From Armatimonadota bacterium (lineage in GTDB: Bacteria; Armatimonadota; HRBIN16), in contig OY781964.1 of the NCBI GenBank assembly GCA_963677485.1, forward strand, positions 3,232,001-3,296,000: 64,000 nucleotides of DNA, read 5' to 3'. Below, piece after piece: positions 47,494 to 57,093 of the stretch. The translations under genes and the position numbers were made by a program. Below the pieces are notes generated by a model, which was not told the origin of the DNA, did not search any database, and saw only the letters and a list, made by a program, of their open reading frames with translations. Every line of letters begins with the position of its first letter. Position 1 is the first letter of the stretch.

Positions 47494-49713
47494 ATGAGTA
47501 ACGCGTATGCACGCCTGAATGTGCCGCTTCAGCGTCGGCTTCGCCTGATGGGCTGGACGCATCTGAAGCCCATCCAGGTGCAGGCGATCCATGCCGTGTT
47601 GGACGGCGACAGCGACATCCTCATCACCGCCCAGACCGCCGCAGGCAAGACCGAGGCGGCGTTCCTGCCCATCCTCTCTGCGAGCTGGGAGAGCCTGCAG
47701 GGGGCGGTCACCGTGATGTATGTGGGCCCACTGAAAGCACTCATCAACGACCAGTTTCGACGACTGGAAGAACTGTGCAAGCAAGAAGACATCCCTGTCA
47801 CCCGCTGGCACGGCGATGTGGACTACCAACGCAAGAAGCGGTTGATGCAGCACCCGTCGGGTGTGCTGCTCATCACCCCCGAGTCGCTGGAAGGGATGTT
47901 TGTGAACCACCCGGAGCGGTTGGCCCCCCTGTTTGCCGCACTGCAGTTTGTGGTCATTGATGAGCTCCACGCCTTCCTGGGCGATGAGCGAGGCATACAC
48001 CTGCGTAGTCTGCTCCACCGCATTCAGGCGGTCGCCAAGCAGCGCGTCCGGCTTGTAGGGCTGTCGGCCACCATCGGCGCGTTGATGCCCGCCAAGGAGT
48101 TCATGAACCCTGATTTTCCCGAAACCGTCACAGTGGTGCAGGACGACACCCGCAAGGAGGTACAGATGGCGGTGCATGGCTATCTGCGCAAGAACCTTCA
48201 TCATGGCGACATCCGCCCCACTCCTGACGAAGACAAAGAAGAGACCCCTGAGGAGTCGGCAACGCAGAGTGAACTGGGCATCGCCCGCCAGATGATCCGC
48301 TTTTTCGAAGGCCGGACAGGGCTGGTGTTTTTCAATAGCCGCGGTGAGTTGGAGTTCTATGCCGACCTATGCAACCGGGTGCTGGCCCACCTGGGACGGC
48401 CACCGCGGTTCCATACCCATCACGGCTCTCTGGCCAAAGCCGAACGCGAACAGACCGAGGAAGCGCTGCGAGACCAGCACCGCGTGGTGGCTTTTTGCAC
48501 CAGCACGCTGGAGTTGGGTATAGATGTGGGCAACTGCTCCGCAGTGGGGCAGGTGCGCGCACCCTGGACCGTCAGCGAGATGCGCCAGCGTTTAGGCCGC
48601 AGCGGCCGGCACGAGGGCGAAGCCAGCGTGATGGAGCTGTATATCTCACAGAACGAACCCTCCGAACGCAGCGACCTTGTGGACCACCTGTTCCCTGACC
48701 TGCTCCAATCTATCGCCATGGTGGAGCTGATGCGCCAGGGTTGGTGTGAACCGCCTCAGGAGGGCATCTGGCACGGCAGCACCCTGCTGCACCAAACCCT
48801 CAGCCTGGTGGCGCAGTATGGTGGTGCCAGTGCTCCGGTACTGGTGAATACTTTGCTGAGCCATGGGGCGTTTCGTAACATCCCGCAAGGCCAGTATCTG
48901 GAGCTGCTAAAGGCAATGGCTGGGCATGACCTCATTGAACAAACGCCTGAAGGGCTGATCATTCTGGGGCTCAAGGGAGAGCATATGGTGCGGCACCACG
49001 ACTTCTACGCCGCATTTGCCTCGCCGAAGGAACTGAAGGTGATATCGCAGGGAAGGCTGATTGGCACCATCACCGCGGTACCCGATGTGGGGGCCAGCAG
49101 ATACTTAATTCTGGCGGGGAAACGCTGGCGCATACTCGAGGTCAACCTGGAGCGCGACGAAATCATCGTCCGCCCGTCACCTGCGGGCCGTGTTCCGCTG
49201 TTCACCGGCACCGGTGGGCCCAATATCCATCAGCTTGTGCGTGACCAGATGATGAAGGTACTGATGGAGGGTGGGGAACTACCATATATGGATGCCACAG
49301 CGCAGCAAATGCTGGAGGACGCCCGACATGCGGCTCTGGAAGCGAACCTGGGGTATCGGCGGTTGGTAGAGGGCGGCGATTGTGTCACGCTGTTCACCTG
49401 GTGCAGTTCTGTGATCCACCGGTCACTTCTTGGCTGTTCATTGTTGAAGGGTATGGATGTGCTTGACAGGGACATCGCTTTGGTCTTCCGCAAGCATGAC
49501 CGCGGAGAGGTTCTCTCCCTGCTGCGCTGGATCAGCGAAGCACCCCCATCTGTGGAGGAGCTGGCCGCGGCATTCCCGGTCATGACCATCGAGAAGTTCG
49601 ACCGGCTGTTGCCCATCGGTCTGCTGGCGCGCTGTTTTGGCAGCAAGTATCTTGACCCCGCAGGGTGCGTGAGCCTGGCCTCCCAACTCCTGGCCAGCGA
49701 GCTGAAGCTGTAA
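47494..49713 (+). CDS. Lhr-like SF2 DEAD/DEAH helicase
   Basis: TAAGKT, PLKALINDQ, TPESLE, DELH, SAT, HHGSL, TSTLELGIDVG, QRLGRSGR. Confidence 0.92.
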   Translation: MSNAYARLNVPLQRRLRLMGWTHLKPIQVQAIHAVLDGDSDILITAQTAAGKTEAAFLPILSASWESLQGAVTVMYVGPLKALINDQFRRLEELCKQEDIPVTRWHGDVDYQRKKRLMQHPSGVLLITPESLEGMFVNHPERLAPLFAALQFVVIDELHAFLGDERGIHLRSLLHRIQAVAKQRVRLVGLSATIGALMPAKEFMNPDFPETVTVVQDDTRKEVQMAVHGYLRKNLHHGDIRPTPDEDKEETPEESATQSELGIARQMIRFFEGRTGLVFFNSRGELEFYADLCNRVLAHLGRPPRFHTHHGSLAKAEREQTEEALRDQHRVVAFCTSTLELGIDVGNCSAVGQVRAPWTVSEMRQRLGRSGRHEGEASVMELYISQNEPSERSDLVDHLFPDLLQSIAMVELMRQGWCEPPQEGIWHGSTLLHQTLSLVAQYGGASAPVLVNTLLSHGAFRNIPQGQYLELLKAMAGHDLIEQTPEGLIILGLKGEHMVRHHDFYAAFASPKELKVISQGRLIGTITAVPDVGASRYLILAGKRWRILEVNLERDEIIVRPSPAGRVPLFTGTGGPNIHQLVRDQMMKVLMEGGELPYMDATAQQMLEDARHAALEANLGYRRLVEGGDCVTLFTWCSSVIHRSLLGCSLLKGMDVLDRDIALVFRKHDRGEVLSLLRWISEAPPSVEELAAAFPVMTIEKFDRLLPIGLLARCFGSKYLDPAGCVSLASQLLASELKL

Positions 49714-49724
49714 GCCGCTCTACG

Positions 49725-50849
49725 CTACACGGACTGCCGGATGGCATCTCCAATGGCCCATCCACAGATGCTGGTGAACCATCCCAAGCTGCAGCCGATC
49801 CACAGAAACTGAAATAGCTCCGCGGCTTGCGATCGTATGGAGTTAAGCTGGGGCTGAACGGTCAGCACAAAGCAGCATACGATGGTAATCACTACCAATC
49901 CAAGTGTCAGCAGCTTTGTTTCGTAACGTCTGAGCGCGATGCCTAGATAGAAAAAGGCCACAGCTAGTATGGGAAAAGCGATGCTGCCCAGTAGCATGAT
50001 GATACCGCCACCGGGAATACCCGGTGTCCGGCTGCGGTTGATCTGCGGCCACCATATCTCTGTACTAAGGCGGCTGAGCTGCCCACTCAAGCTCAAAGTA
50101 AGTCCCGCTACCACACAGGCCGCCGCAATCGCGGTGAATACCTTGATCCCGATATCGCCTCCGATCAGCGTGTTAGTGCCTTGATAACCGAATATCATGG
50201 GTGAGAACACCGCAGCGCCAACCGTGGTCCATCCGATCGCCATTCCCAATGCACGAAGAATCCGGGGGATAAGCACCATGACTTGCGCAGTACCCATTGA
50301 GGGGCGGCTCTCTATTGTGCTGTTGTACTTCCGCTGTAAACTGGGGTTTTGGGGTGAGTATTGCACCGCCATGCTGTACAGTTGCGCAGCCTGGTCTCGC
50401 TGCCCGCGTGCTAGTGCCACATCCGCCCGGATTTCGTAAGCCTGGGCATTGCGGCTGTCTATGGCATTGCAGCGTTCGGCTTGCTCGGTAGCCCGTTTGT
50501 AGTCACCTTTAGCTAGCGCGATACGTGCTTCGTGAAGAAGCTGAGTGATTTTTTTGGCACTCTCATCTTTCGGGTTGGATTTTCGCTGCGACTCTGTTCT
50601 TATATCGCCTGCGCCGCGTTTGCTCTGTTCATTGAGAGCAATGAGGTCGTCATACTGGCGGCGTTTTACCGGGTCACCGATGACCGTGTGTGCCTCGGTG
50701 ATCTCCTGGAAGAGGCGCAGGGTATTACCACCCGCTACGTCGGGATGATACCGGCGAGCGAGCTCACGGTAGGCCCGGCGAATCTCTTCATGTGTGGCTG
50801 TAGGCTTCACACCGAGCACGGAGTAGTAGTCGCGTAGTGGCAGTCTCAT
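49725..50849 (-). CDS. J-domain + TPR + multi-TM membrane protein
   Basis: DYYSVLGV...YHPD J-domain; two TPR-like helical pairs; C-terminal hydrophobic helices. Confidence 0.88.
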   Translation of the reverse strand: MRLPLRDYYSVLGVKPTATHEEIRRAYRELARRYHPDVAGGNTLRLFQEITEAHTVIGDPVKRRQYDDLIALNEQSKRGAGDIRTESQRKSNPKDESAKKITQLLHEARIALAKGDYKRATEQAERCNAIDSRNAQAYEIRADVALARGQRDQAAQLYSMAVQYSPQNPSLQRKYNSTIESRPSMGTAQVMVLIPRILRALGMAIGWTTVGAAVFSPMIFGYQGTNTLIGGDIGIKVFTAIAAACVVAGLTLSLSGQLSRLSTEIWWPQINRSRTPGIPGGGIIMLLGSIAFPILAVAFFYLGIALRRYETKLLTLGLVVITIVCCFVLTVQPQLNSIRSQAAELFQFLWIGCSLGWFTSICGWAIGDAIRQSV

Positions 50850-50858
50850 AATGTTATT

Positions 50859-52073
50859 TTACGGCTCTATGCCATTAAGCTGGTTTTCATAACCATTCCT
50901 CACACCGACACCCATGTTGATGATGCTGGTAGCACTCATGATCACGGCGAACAACAAACCCAATGCGCCTGCGATGATGATCACACGCCGCACGGCGTTT
51001 CTATGGATGTCATCCAGCATGGCTGAGAGCCTTACCAGGCTTTCGTCGACTTTACCGCTGGTTTCTGCGATCAGCATCTGCGAAGTGACCGACATGGGCA
51101 TCGTATCACTGGCGAGCAGCGCGGCGGCCAGTGTTCCACCGTTCCGCACCGTGTTGACATGGGGGGCGACACGCTGTGAGATGACCATTTGACCGGCCGA
51201 CTGGCATGCGTATTCCAGGCACTGTGCTGGGGGAAGCCCTGCGTGATAGAGCGATCCCAATGCACGGAGAAACCGGCTTTGGGCTCCGCTTCGCTCCATA
51301 GCATTGTATATCGGTGTATTCCAGGCCAATTTGTCTAGAGCGATTTTAATGGCTGGAACGGTGTGGCTGAAGCGTTTGAGCACGATGACAATAGCGCAGA
51401 CAGCTAGTAATCCTAGCCCACACGACCGTGAGATTATGAAGGCTGATCTAGCTCCATTGAAAATGGTTTGGTCTACTTCCATAGATTTTCCCAAATAAGC
51501 CAACACAATATAGAGTATTGCGGGTACAAATAAAGCAAAGACCAGCACAACAACGGGGTAAATCAATTCGGTGATCGCCTGTCGCCTGGCTACAGTAATG
51601 GTGGCAAGCCATTGATTGCATTCCGCCGCCATCTCAGGCACTTTTCCTGAGACATCGCCCGCTCTCATTAAAGCGGGGCAGGGAGGCGTGAACCTGCTCT
51701 CGAACCGTTCCATCTGCTGACTCAGGCTTTCGCCTGCGGCGATGGCATCTCGCATCTGTATGGCGATTTGGCGCAGGCCACCGCGCGATTGTGTGGCCAG
51801 CATATCCAGCGAAGCGGCCATCGTGATTCCGGCAGCCTGGGTTTGTTGCAGAGTTGAAAAAAAGATCATCTGCTGCCCTATTGGTAGTGGGGTGCCACGG
51901 TTCTCAGTCGGTATAGCTACCGTTTCTGAGGTCTCAGTCTGGAGTGAAACAGCCAGTGGCTGGAGTTGCTGCTGCCTGATCTTGATGATGGCATCTCCGC
52001 GAGTGGGTGCTTCGACAGAACCAGTTTTTAGCTGTTTGTCTGTATCAAGGGCTCGGTAAGTAAATTGGGGCAT
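50859..52073 (-). CDS. Type II secretion F / PilC-family platform protein
   Basis: MPQFTYRA start, AGESLS, AGDVSG, LIYPVVV, AETSGKVDESL duplicated T2SSF domains. Confidence 0.88.
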   Translation of the reverse strand: MPQFTYRALDTDKQLKTGSVEAPTRGDAIIKIRQQQLQPLAVSLQTETSETVAIPTENRGTPLPIGQQMIFFSTLQQTQAAGITMAASLDMLATQSRGGLRQIAIQMRDAIAAGESLSQQMERFESRFTPPCPALMRAGDVSGKVPEMAAECNQWLATITVARRQAITELIYPVVVLVFALFVPAILYIVLAYLGKSMEVDQTIFNGARSAFIISRSCGLGLLAVCAIVIVLKRFSHTVPAIKIALDKLAWNTPIYNAMERSGAQSRFLRALGSLYHAGLPPAQCLEYACQSAGQMVISQRVAPHVNTVRNGGTLAAALLASDTMPMSVTSQMLIAETSGKVDESLVRLSAMLDDIHRNAVRRVIIIAGALGLLFAVIMSATSIINMGVGVRNGYENQLNGIEP

Positions 52074-52254
52074 TTCATCATCCCTATGCAAATGGGGGCA
52101 TCACGTATTACAATAGGTGTATTAGCGGAAGGCCCCGTAGAACACGTTCACCGATTCGGTTAGAAATCTGTTCGATAGTAGATATAGTATAGATGGACTT
52201 GGCCGCCAATGCGAATAATGAAAAGCAAATGCGGGCAGGGAAGGCAGGAATACG

Positions 52255-54192
52255 ATGGACTGGCAGGCAATGAAGCAAGCGTTTCGTGAGCAGAGTGATA
52301 TCACCGACGATGCTGAACTATGTCATGACGCCATACTGCAAGCTTTGCAGATGGGTGCTGAAGCAGGTGGTAATGAACTGGGAACGATTCTGCTGAGCGT
52401 GCTCGATGGTCTTTTTTGGGTTGATTCGAATGATGTCATTCGACAGTGCATGGTATCTGACCGCATGAAATCCACATCAGCCGACTACGTTGGAAAAAAA
52501 CTGTGCGAAATCCTACATGGGGAATCGTATTGTGATGTGAAGGACGCGATGCGGCTATGCCAGGAGTCCCATAAATACTCTGAATGCGTTTTGAGGTGGG
52601 AGGATTCTGATCCACCGAAGACCTTCAATGTAAGCTTGAATGTTCATGGTGACGGATATATTGTTCTGTTGCGTGATATCAGCAAGCGGCATGAGCTATC
52701 TGACCGCTTGGAGGAATCCGAACGCCGCTACCAACTCATCGCAAACTCGATCAGCGATGTCATCACGATCTCAGATATACAAGGCTATTTTTCCTTTGTC
52801 TCAGATTCATCTGAATTATCTGTTGGGTGGTCACCTGATCAGTTGGTAGGCCGATCTGCTTTTGAGTTTATACATCCTCAAGACGCTCCGACTGTTCGTG
52901 AATCCATACGAAAGGCCATCAACACAGCCGGTTCGGTTTCGTATGAGCACCGCTTTTTAAAGTCATATGGCGGGTATGTTTGGTTTGAAACTGTACTGCA
53001 GCCCATATCAGACAGAGACGGCAAGATCACGGCATTTCAAGGTGTCTCACGGGATGTGACGGAGCACCGTGCTACAGAACGTCGGTTGCGGCAACTGCTT
53101 CATCTTCTTGAGCAGAGCAGCGGTATGCTAGCGATTGTAAATAGTGATGGTTTGGTAGATTACATCAACCCTAGCCTATTGAAGTATCTTGGGGTAAGCA
53201 AGCGTCGACAGAAGCACCTTACTAGCGAGATGCTGCTTCCGAGAGGTATGGACCCAAAACACTCGTATGCCATCAATCAGGCGCTTCTGAAACACCAGCC
53301 GTGGCATGGTGAGATTTCCGGGAAAGATTCTAAGGGACATGCAGTGACATGTCTAGTCAGCGTAGCGCCTGTAGTGGATGACTTGGGCGAGATGACCCAT
53401 TACGTACTGGAACTGATTGACATCACAGAGCGTAAACGCGCCGAACAGTTGATCGAGCAGAAGAGCGAAGAGCTTTCGGCTGTGAATAGGGAACTTCAGG
53501 AGTTTGCCTATGTGGTCAGCCATGACCTCAAAGCCCCTTTACGCAGCATCAGTTCCTTGACGCACTGGCTGATGACCGATTATGCCCATCTGCTGCCCGA
53601 AGAGGGGCAGGAGCATTTGTCTTTGTTGAACCAGCGGGCCATACGGATGCAGTATTTGATAGATGGTGTGCTGACCTATAGCCGTGCTGGGAGGGTGGCC
53701 GAACAAGCCGGTAATTCGGACATCAGTCAACTTGCGGCTGATGTTTGGAACCTGTTGAATCCGCCACCAAATATGCACATCACGATTCAGCCCAATATGC
53801 CGGTCATATACGCAGAGCCAATTCGGTTGATCCAGCTTTTTCAGAACTTGATCAGCAATGCGATTAAACATAACGACAAGGCTGAGGGATATATTGAGGT
53901 ATTCTGTGAAGACGATGGAGCAATGTGGAGGTTTGGTGTTAAGGATAACGGTCCTGGGATCGAACCCAAACACCATGATCTGGTGTTTGGCATATTTCAA
54001 ACTCTGAATACCAAAGAAGAGTGCCCTGACAGCACCGGTATCGGGCTTGCACTTGTCCGCAAGGTTGTGGAACTCTATGGTGGACGCATCTGGATAGAAT
54101 CGGATGTGGGCCGGGGCTGTACATTCTGGTTTACTATTCTGAAACACCCGCTAGATCCTGGTACCGATCAACTGGACCAAGATATTGATTGA
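52255..54192 (+). CDS. Cytoplasmic multi-PAS sensor histidine kinase
   Basis: FIHPQD PAS; H-box FAYVVSHDLKAPLR; QNLISNAIK, DNGPGI, TGIGLA, G2 box. Confidence 0.93.
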   Translation: MDWQAMKQAFREQSDITDDAELCHDAILQALQMGAEAGGNELGTILLSVLDGLFWVDSNDVIRQCMVSDRMKSTSADYVGKKLCEILHGESYCDVKDAMRLCQESHKYSECVLRWEDSDPPKTFNVSLNVHGDGYIVLLRDISKRHELSDRLEESERRYQLIANSISDVITISDIQGYFSFVSDSSELSVGWSPDQLVGRSAFEFIHPQDAPTVRESIRKAINTAGSVSYEHRFLKSYGGYVWFETVLQPISDRDGKITAFQGVSRDVTEHRATERRLRQLLHLLEQSSGMLAIVNSDGLVDYINPSLLKYLGVSKRRQKHLTSEMLLPRGMDPKHSYAINQALLKHQPWHGEISGKDSKGHAVTCLVSVAPVVDDLGEMTHYVLELIDITERKRAEQLIEQKSEELSAVNRELQEFAYVVSHDLKAPLRSISSLTHWLMTDYAHLLPEEGQEHLSLLNQRAIRMQYLIDGVLTYSRAGRVAEQAGNSDISQLAADVWNLLNPPPNMHITIQPNMPVIYAEPIRLIQLFQNLISNAIKHNDKAEGYIEVFCEDDGAMWRFGVKDNGPGIEPKHHDLVFGIFQTLNTKEECPDSTGIGLALVRKVVELYGGRIWIESDVGRGCTFWFTILKHPLDPGTDQLDQDID

Positions 54193-56551
54193 TAGTATAC
54201 TCGGCTATTCGCTAGACTATGCGTTGGCTTGTTATGGTCTGCTACTGTTCATCGCTTCGGTCGAGATGTACCGCATGCGCCGACGTGATGTGTTATGGCA
54301 ACCATGGAAGTGGCTTAGCGCATATGCTGGCCTACAGGTGGTTCATTCCTGGAGTGTTCTAGCATCTATCAGCTTACCATTGAGCGATGTCTACTACCTT
54401 ACGGGCTTTATCATAATGTCACTATCGTATTTCTGTTTGTTTGAGTTTGGTGTGCGCTCTATGCTTGGGAAGCGCGGCGCAACCTGGCGCGTAATCACTG
54501 CACCTATCATGCTGGTTTTGCTGATAGTGGTAGTGCCCAGTGCAGAGCTAAACATTGTCGTCGTGATTTTCGCCATGGTCTGTTCTATCACCTCTGCATT
54601 CGCCATGCTACGCCATTCCGATCAGCGTTACAGAGAGAACCGGGCGCTGCTCGGTTTTGGTGCGGTTTCTTTACTGATGTGTGGTGTGACCATGAGTGTC
54701 GGTATGATGAATGCATATGGTCTGCAAATTACCAAAGTATCGACATCGGCGTTTATCCCCCGTCACGGCGTGCCAATCGAATATTACCAGTTGTTTGCTG
54801 CGGTCCTGTTCTTCGTCTTTGTGATGCTGTATGCCATGAGCTGCAATAAGAGTGATGGACGTCGGCTAGGGCATGACAAGGTGACCCCTTACCACATCTA
54901 CATCACCGCAACCCTGGTCCCACTCCTTAGCATTGGGTGGGTTCTATGTAAAATGGGTGGTGACTTCGGCATACACCAGTTCCGTAAGTCGCTCCTGGGG
55001 CGGGCGCAAACCGCCGTCGCTAATATCAGCCCAGATGAAGTAGAGAAATTGTACCACCTGGATCGCCCAGGCTATCCTAAGACGTTACGCTTTTTTAGAG
55101 AACAAATGGATAAAGTTCGCAGGGTGAATGGAGATACGCGGTTCATCTACATGTTAGGCAAGGTGGAGCCAAACATCGTATTTCTAGCAGATTGTGAGTC
55201 GGAATTATCACCCAACTATTCGCCACCGATGCAGATTTACACTGAGGCAAGCCAACTCGCTTATGATGTTTTTCGCAAGGCTCAGCCTACCTTCGACGGT
55301 CCTACTGAGGACCGGTGGGGTGTATATGTGTCGGCTTTTGTGCCCATAGTACGAAAAACCACCAATGAAGTGGTAGCCGTGATGGGTATGGACATTACTG
55401 GTAACCTATGGCTGAGTGCTGTGGCTCGTTACCGGCTGGTAGCCATTGTGGCGATGCTGATCATGGTGATTGTGCTGGTAGTACTTGGCTCAGCGTATAT
55501 CTTAACTAAAGATGCGCTGGCCAATAGTGCGCTGAGCCAAAGCCGATTTCAACGTGTTTTTGATGCCGCCCCCGAGGGTATTCTCATCGTCTCAATATCC
55601 GATGGTTTTGTGCGGGCCGCCAACCAACGGCTTCTTAAGTGGCTTTCGGTATCATTCAACGACATTGCCGGTCAGCCGATGGGCCTGTATCTGCCCACAG
55701 GTCATGAGCTACCTGAAGCAGGACATGTATGTCAGATCAACGATTCGGGCGACAGCCGCTATCTTGGGGTGACCAGTGCCGAGATCCACTTTATGGGGTA
55801 CGCATCGTATCTCTATTTCCTGCGAGATATCACGCAGCAACGGCAGGCTGTTGATGCCAAAGAAGCACTAGTCACCGAACTTCAAGAGACGAATTTAGAA
55901 CTTCAGCAGATCATCCATGCAGTGGCCCATGATCTAAAAGCTCCGACCCGAAGCATCAGCACATTGGCTCAATGGATACAATCCGATTACCAATCTGGTT
56001 TTGATGAGCCTGCGAACCGAATGCTGAACACCATCATCGACCGTACGCATCGCATGGATCGACTATTGTCAGGGTTACTGGAGTTTATACGCATCGGGCG
56101 AATCCGGCCAACCTACGAACCCGTGAACTTCCGGGTTTTGGTAGATGATGCGTTGAAGCAGTGTCATGCATATGAGCGATGCAGTATTCAAGTGGATGTG
56201 CCTGAGACTGTTACGACGGACGCTTCGCTAATGAATATCATACTGGTGGAACTGGTTGAGAATGCGGTCAGCCATGGTTTTGCTCGCGATCAGCCGGTGT
56301 TGGTGTCAGCCAAATTCGAAGATGATGTGCTCACACTTAGTGTCAAAGATCATGGCCCAGGGATAGATTCCAAATACCATACGAAGGTGTTTGAGTTGTT
56401 TGAAACCCTCAGCCCAAAAGATGAAACTGGTCGGTTGGGGCTTGGCCTGGCATTGGTAAATAAGGTTGTGCATCGTCTGGGTGGTAGTATATCGCTTGTT
56501 TCCAAACCAGGGGAAGGGTGTTCGGTATCGATATCCGTAACGGCTGTATGA
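54185..56551 (+). CDS. Membrane sensor histidine kinase (multi-TM + extracytoplasmic Cache-like + PAS)
   Basis: Several N-terminal TMs, DRWGVYVSAFVPI sensor, AHDLKAPTR, ENAVSH, DHGPGI, GLGLGLA; TTG start overlaps the upstream gene. Confidence 0.9.
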   Translation: MIDSILGYSLDYALACYGLLLFIASVEMYRMRRRDVLWQPWKWLSAYAGLQVVHSWSVLASISLPLSDVYYLTGFIIMSLSYFCLFEFGVRSMLGKRGATWRVITAPIMLVLLIVVVPSAELNIVVVIFAMVCSITSAFAMLRHSDQRYRENRALLGFGAVSLLMCGVTMSVGMMNAYGLQITKVSTSAFIPRHGVPIEYYQLFAAVLFFVFVMLYAMSCNKSDGRRLGHDKVTPYHIYITATLVPLLSIGWVLCKMGGDFGIHQFRKSLLGRAQTAVANISPDEVEKLYHLDRPGYPKTLRFFREQMDKVRRVNGDTRFIYMLGKVEPNIVFLADCESELSPNYSPPMQIYTEASQLAYDVFRKAQPTFDGPTEDRWGVYVSAFVPIVRKTTNEVVAVMGMDITGNLWLSAVARYRLVAIVAMLIMVIVLVVLGSAYILTKDALANSALSQSRFQRVFDAAPEGILIVSISDGFVRAANQRLLKWLSVSFNDIAGQPMGLYLPTGHELPEAGHVCQINDSGDSRYLGVTSAEIHFMGYASYLYFLRDITQQRQAVDAKEALVTELQETNLELQQIIHAVAHDLKAPTRSISTLAQWIQSDYQSGFDEPANRMLNTIIDRTHRMDRLLSGLLEFIRIGRIRPTYEPVNFRVLVDDALKQCHAYERCSIQVDVPETVTTDASLMNIILVELVENAVSHGFARDQPVLVSAKFEDDVLTLSVKDHGPGIDSKYHTKVFELFETLSPKDETGRLGLGLALVNKVVHRLGGSISLVSKPGEGCSVSISVTAV

Positions 56552-56652
56552 CCCATGCCTGAGGCGTTGGAATAAATCCTCGCTTTCAGGTACATTGAGA
56601 ACACAAGCATACTTAGAGATGTGACGGCAATACGTTTCCGATAGGGGGATAT

Positions 56653-57063
56653 ATGCGGGGCGAAATCAACGTCTTGCTTCTAGGCACTGAACCGACCTAC
56701 TCTGACTTGTTCAGTAGGGCTGCTGCACTTTATGGCATCGGACTGCGGCTTAGTGTCGGCGAAGATATCGGTGGATTTATCAACAGATTACCAGTTAAAA
56801 TGGCTCCAAACACTATATTGGTCATCGTATGTGATTTTTCCAAATATAACTCCCTGGCGCAGCTTCGCGGACTGAAGGGGCAGCAGAAGCTTCTCCGCTT
56901 TCCCGTGCTCATTTTTGGACTGAACTACACGAAGCAGAATTGCACTGACTGTTTTTCCGCCGGGGCAGCCGGCCTTTTTCCGTTCGCTGATGATGTGAAC
57001 GAGTTGGCAAAGCTGCTTAAGGTGATTGGTGACTATTGGCGAATGTCTGAATTACCAGACTAG
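56653..57063 (+). CDS. Degenerate (pseudo-)receiver protein, Rcp1-like
   Basis: Aligns with 62839..63249 including C-terminal YWxxSELP, but lacks the acidic pair, the Thr/Ser and the Lys. Confidence 0.7.
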   Translation: MRGEINVLLLGTEPTYSDLFSRAAALYGIGLRLSVGEDIGGFINRLPVKMAPNTILVIVCDFSKYNSLAQLRGLKGQQKLLRFPVLIFGLNYTKQNCTDCFSAGAAGLFPFADDVNELAKLLKVIGDYWRMSELPD

Positions 57064-57093
57064 ATACATCGACGAAGAGATGATATAGAGCAG

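Noticed and set aside
46798-48204. 468-aa minus-strand ORF (and similar ORFs at 12305-13339, 23571-24536, 29407-30267, 35269-35967)
   Set aside because: Antisense shadows of well-supported genes in GC-rich DNA; no recognisable motifs.
45288-49713. Complete BREX system
   Set aside because: A BrxD-like ATPase and helicase are present, but no PglZ, PglX or BrxC.
52092-52254. Riboswitch upstream of pilC-like or kinase genes (also checked 22900-23080)
   Set aside because: No recognisable aptamer consensus by eye; an Rfam/Infernal scan would be needed to exclude it fully.
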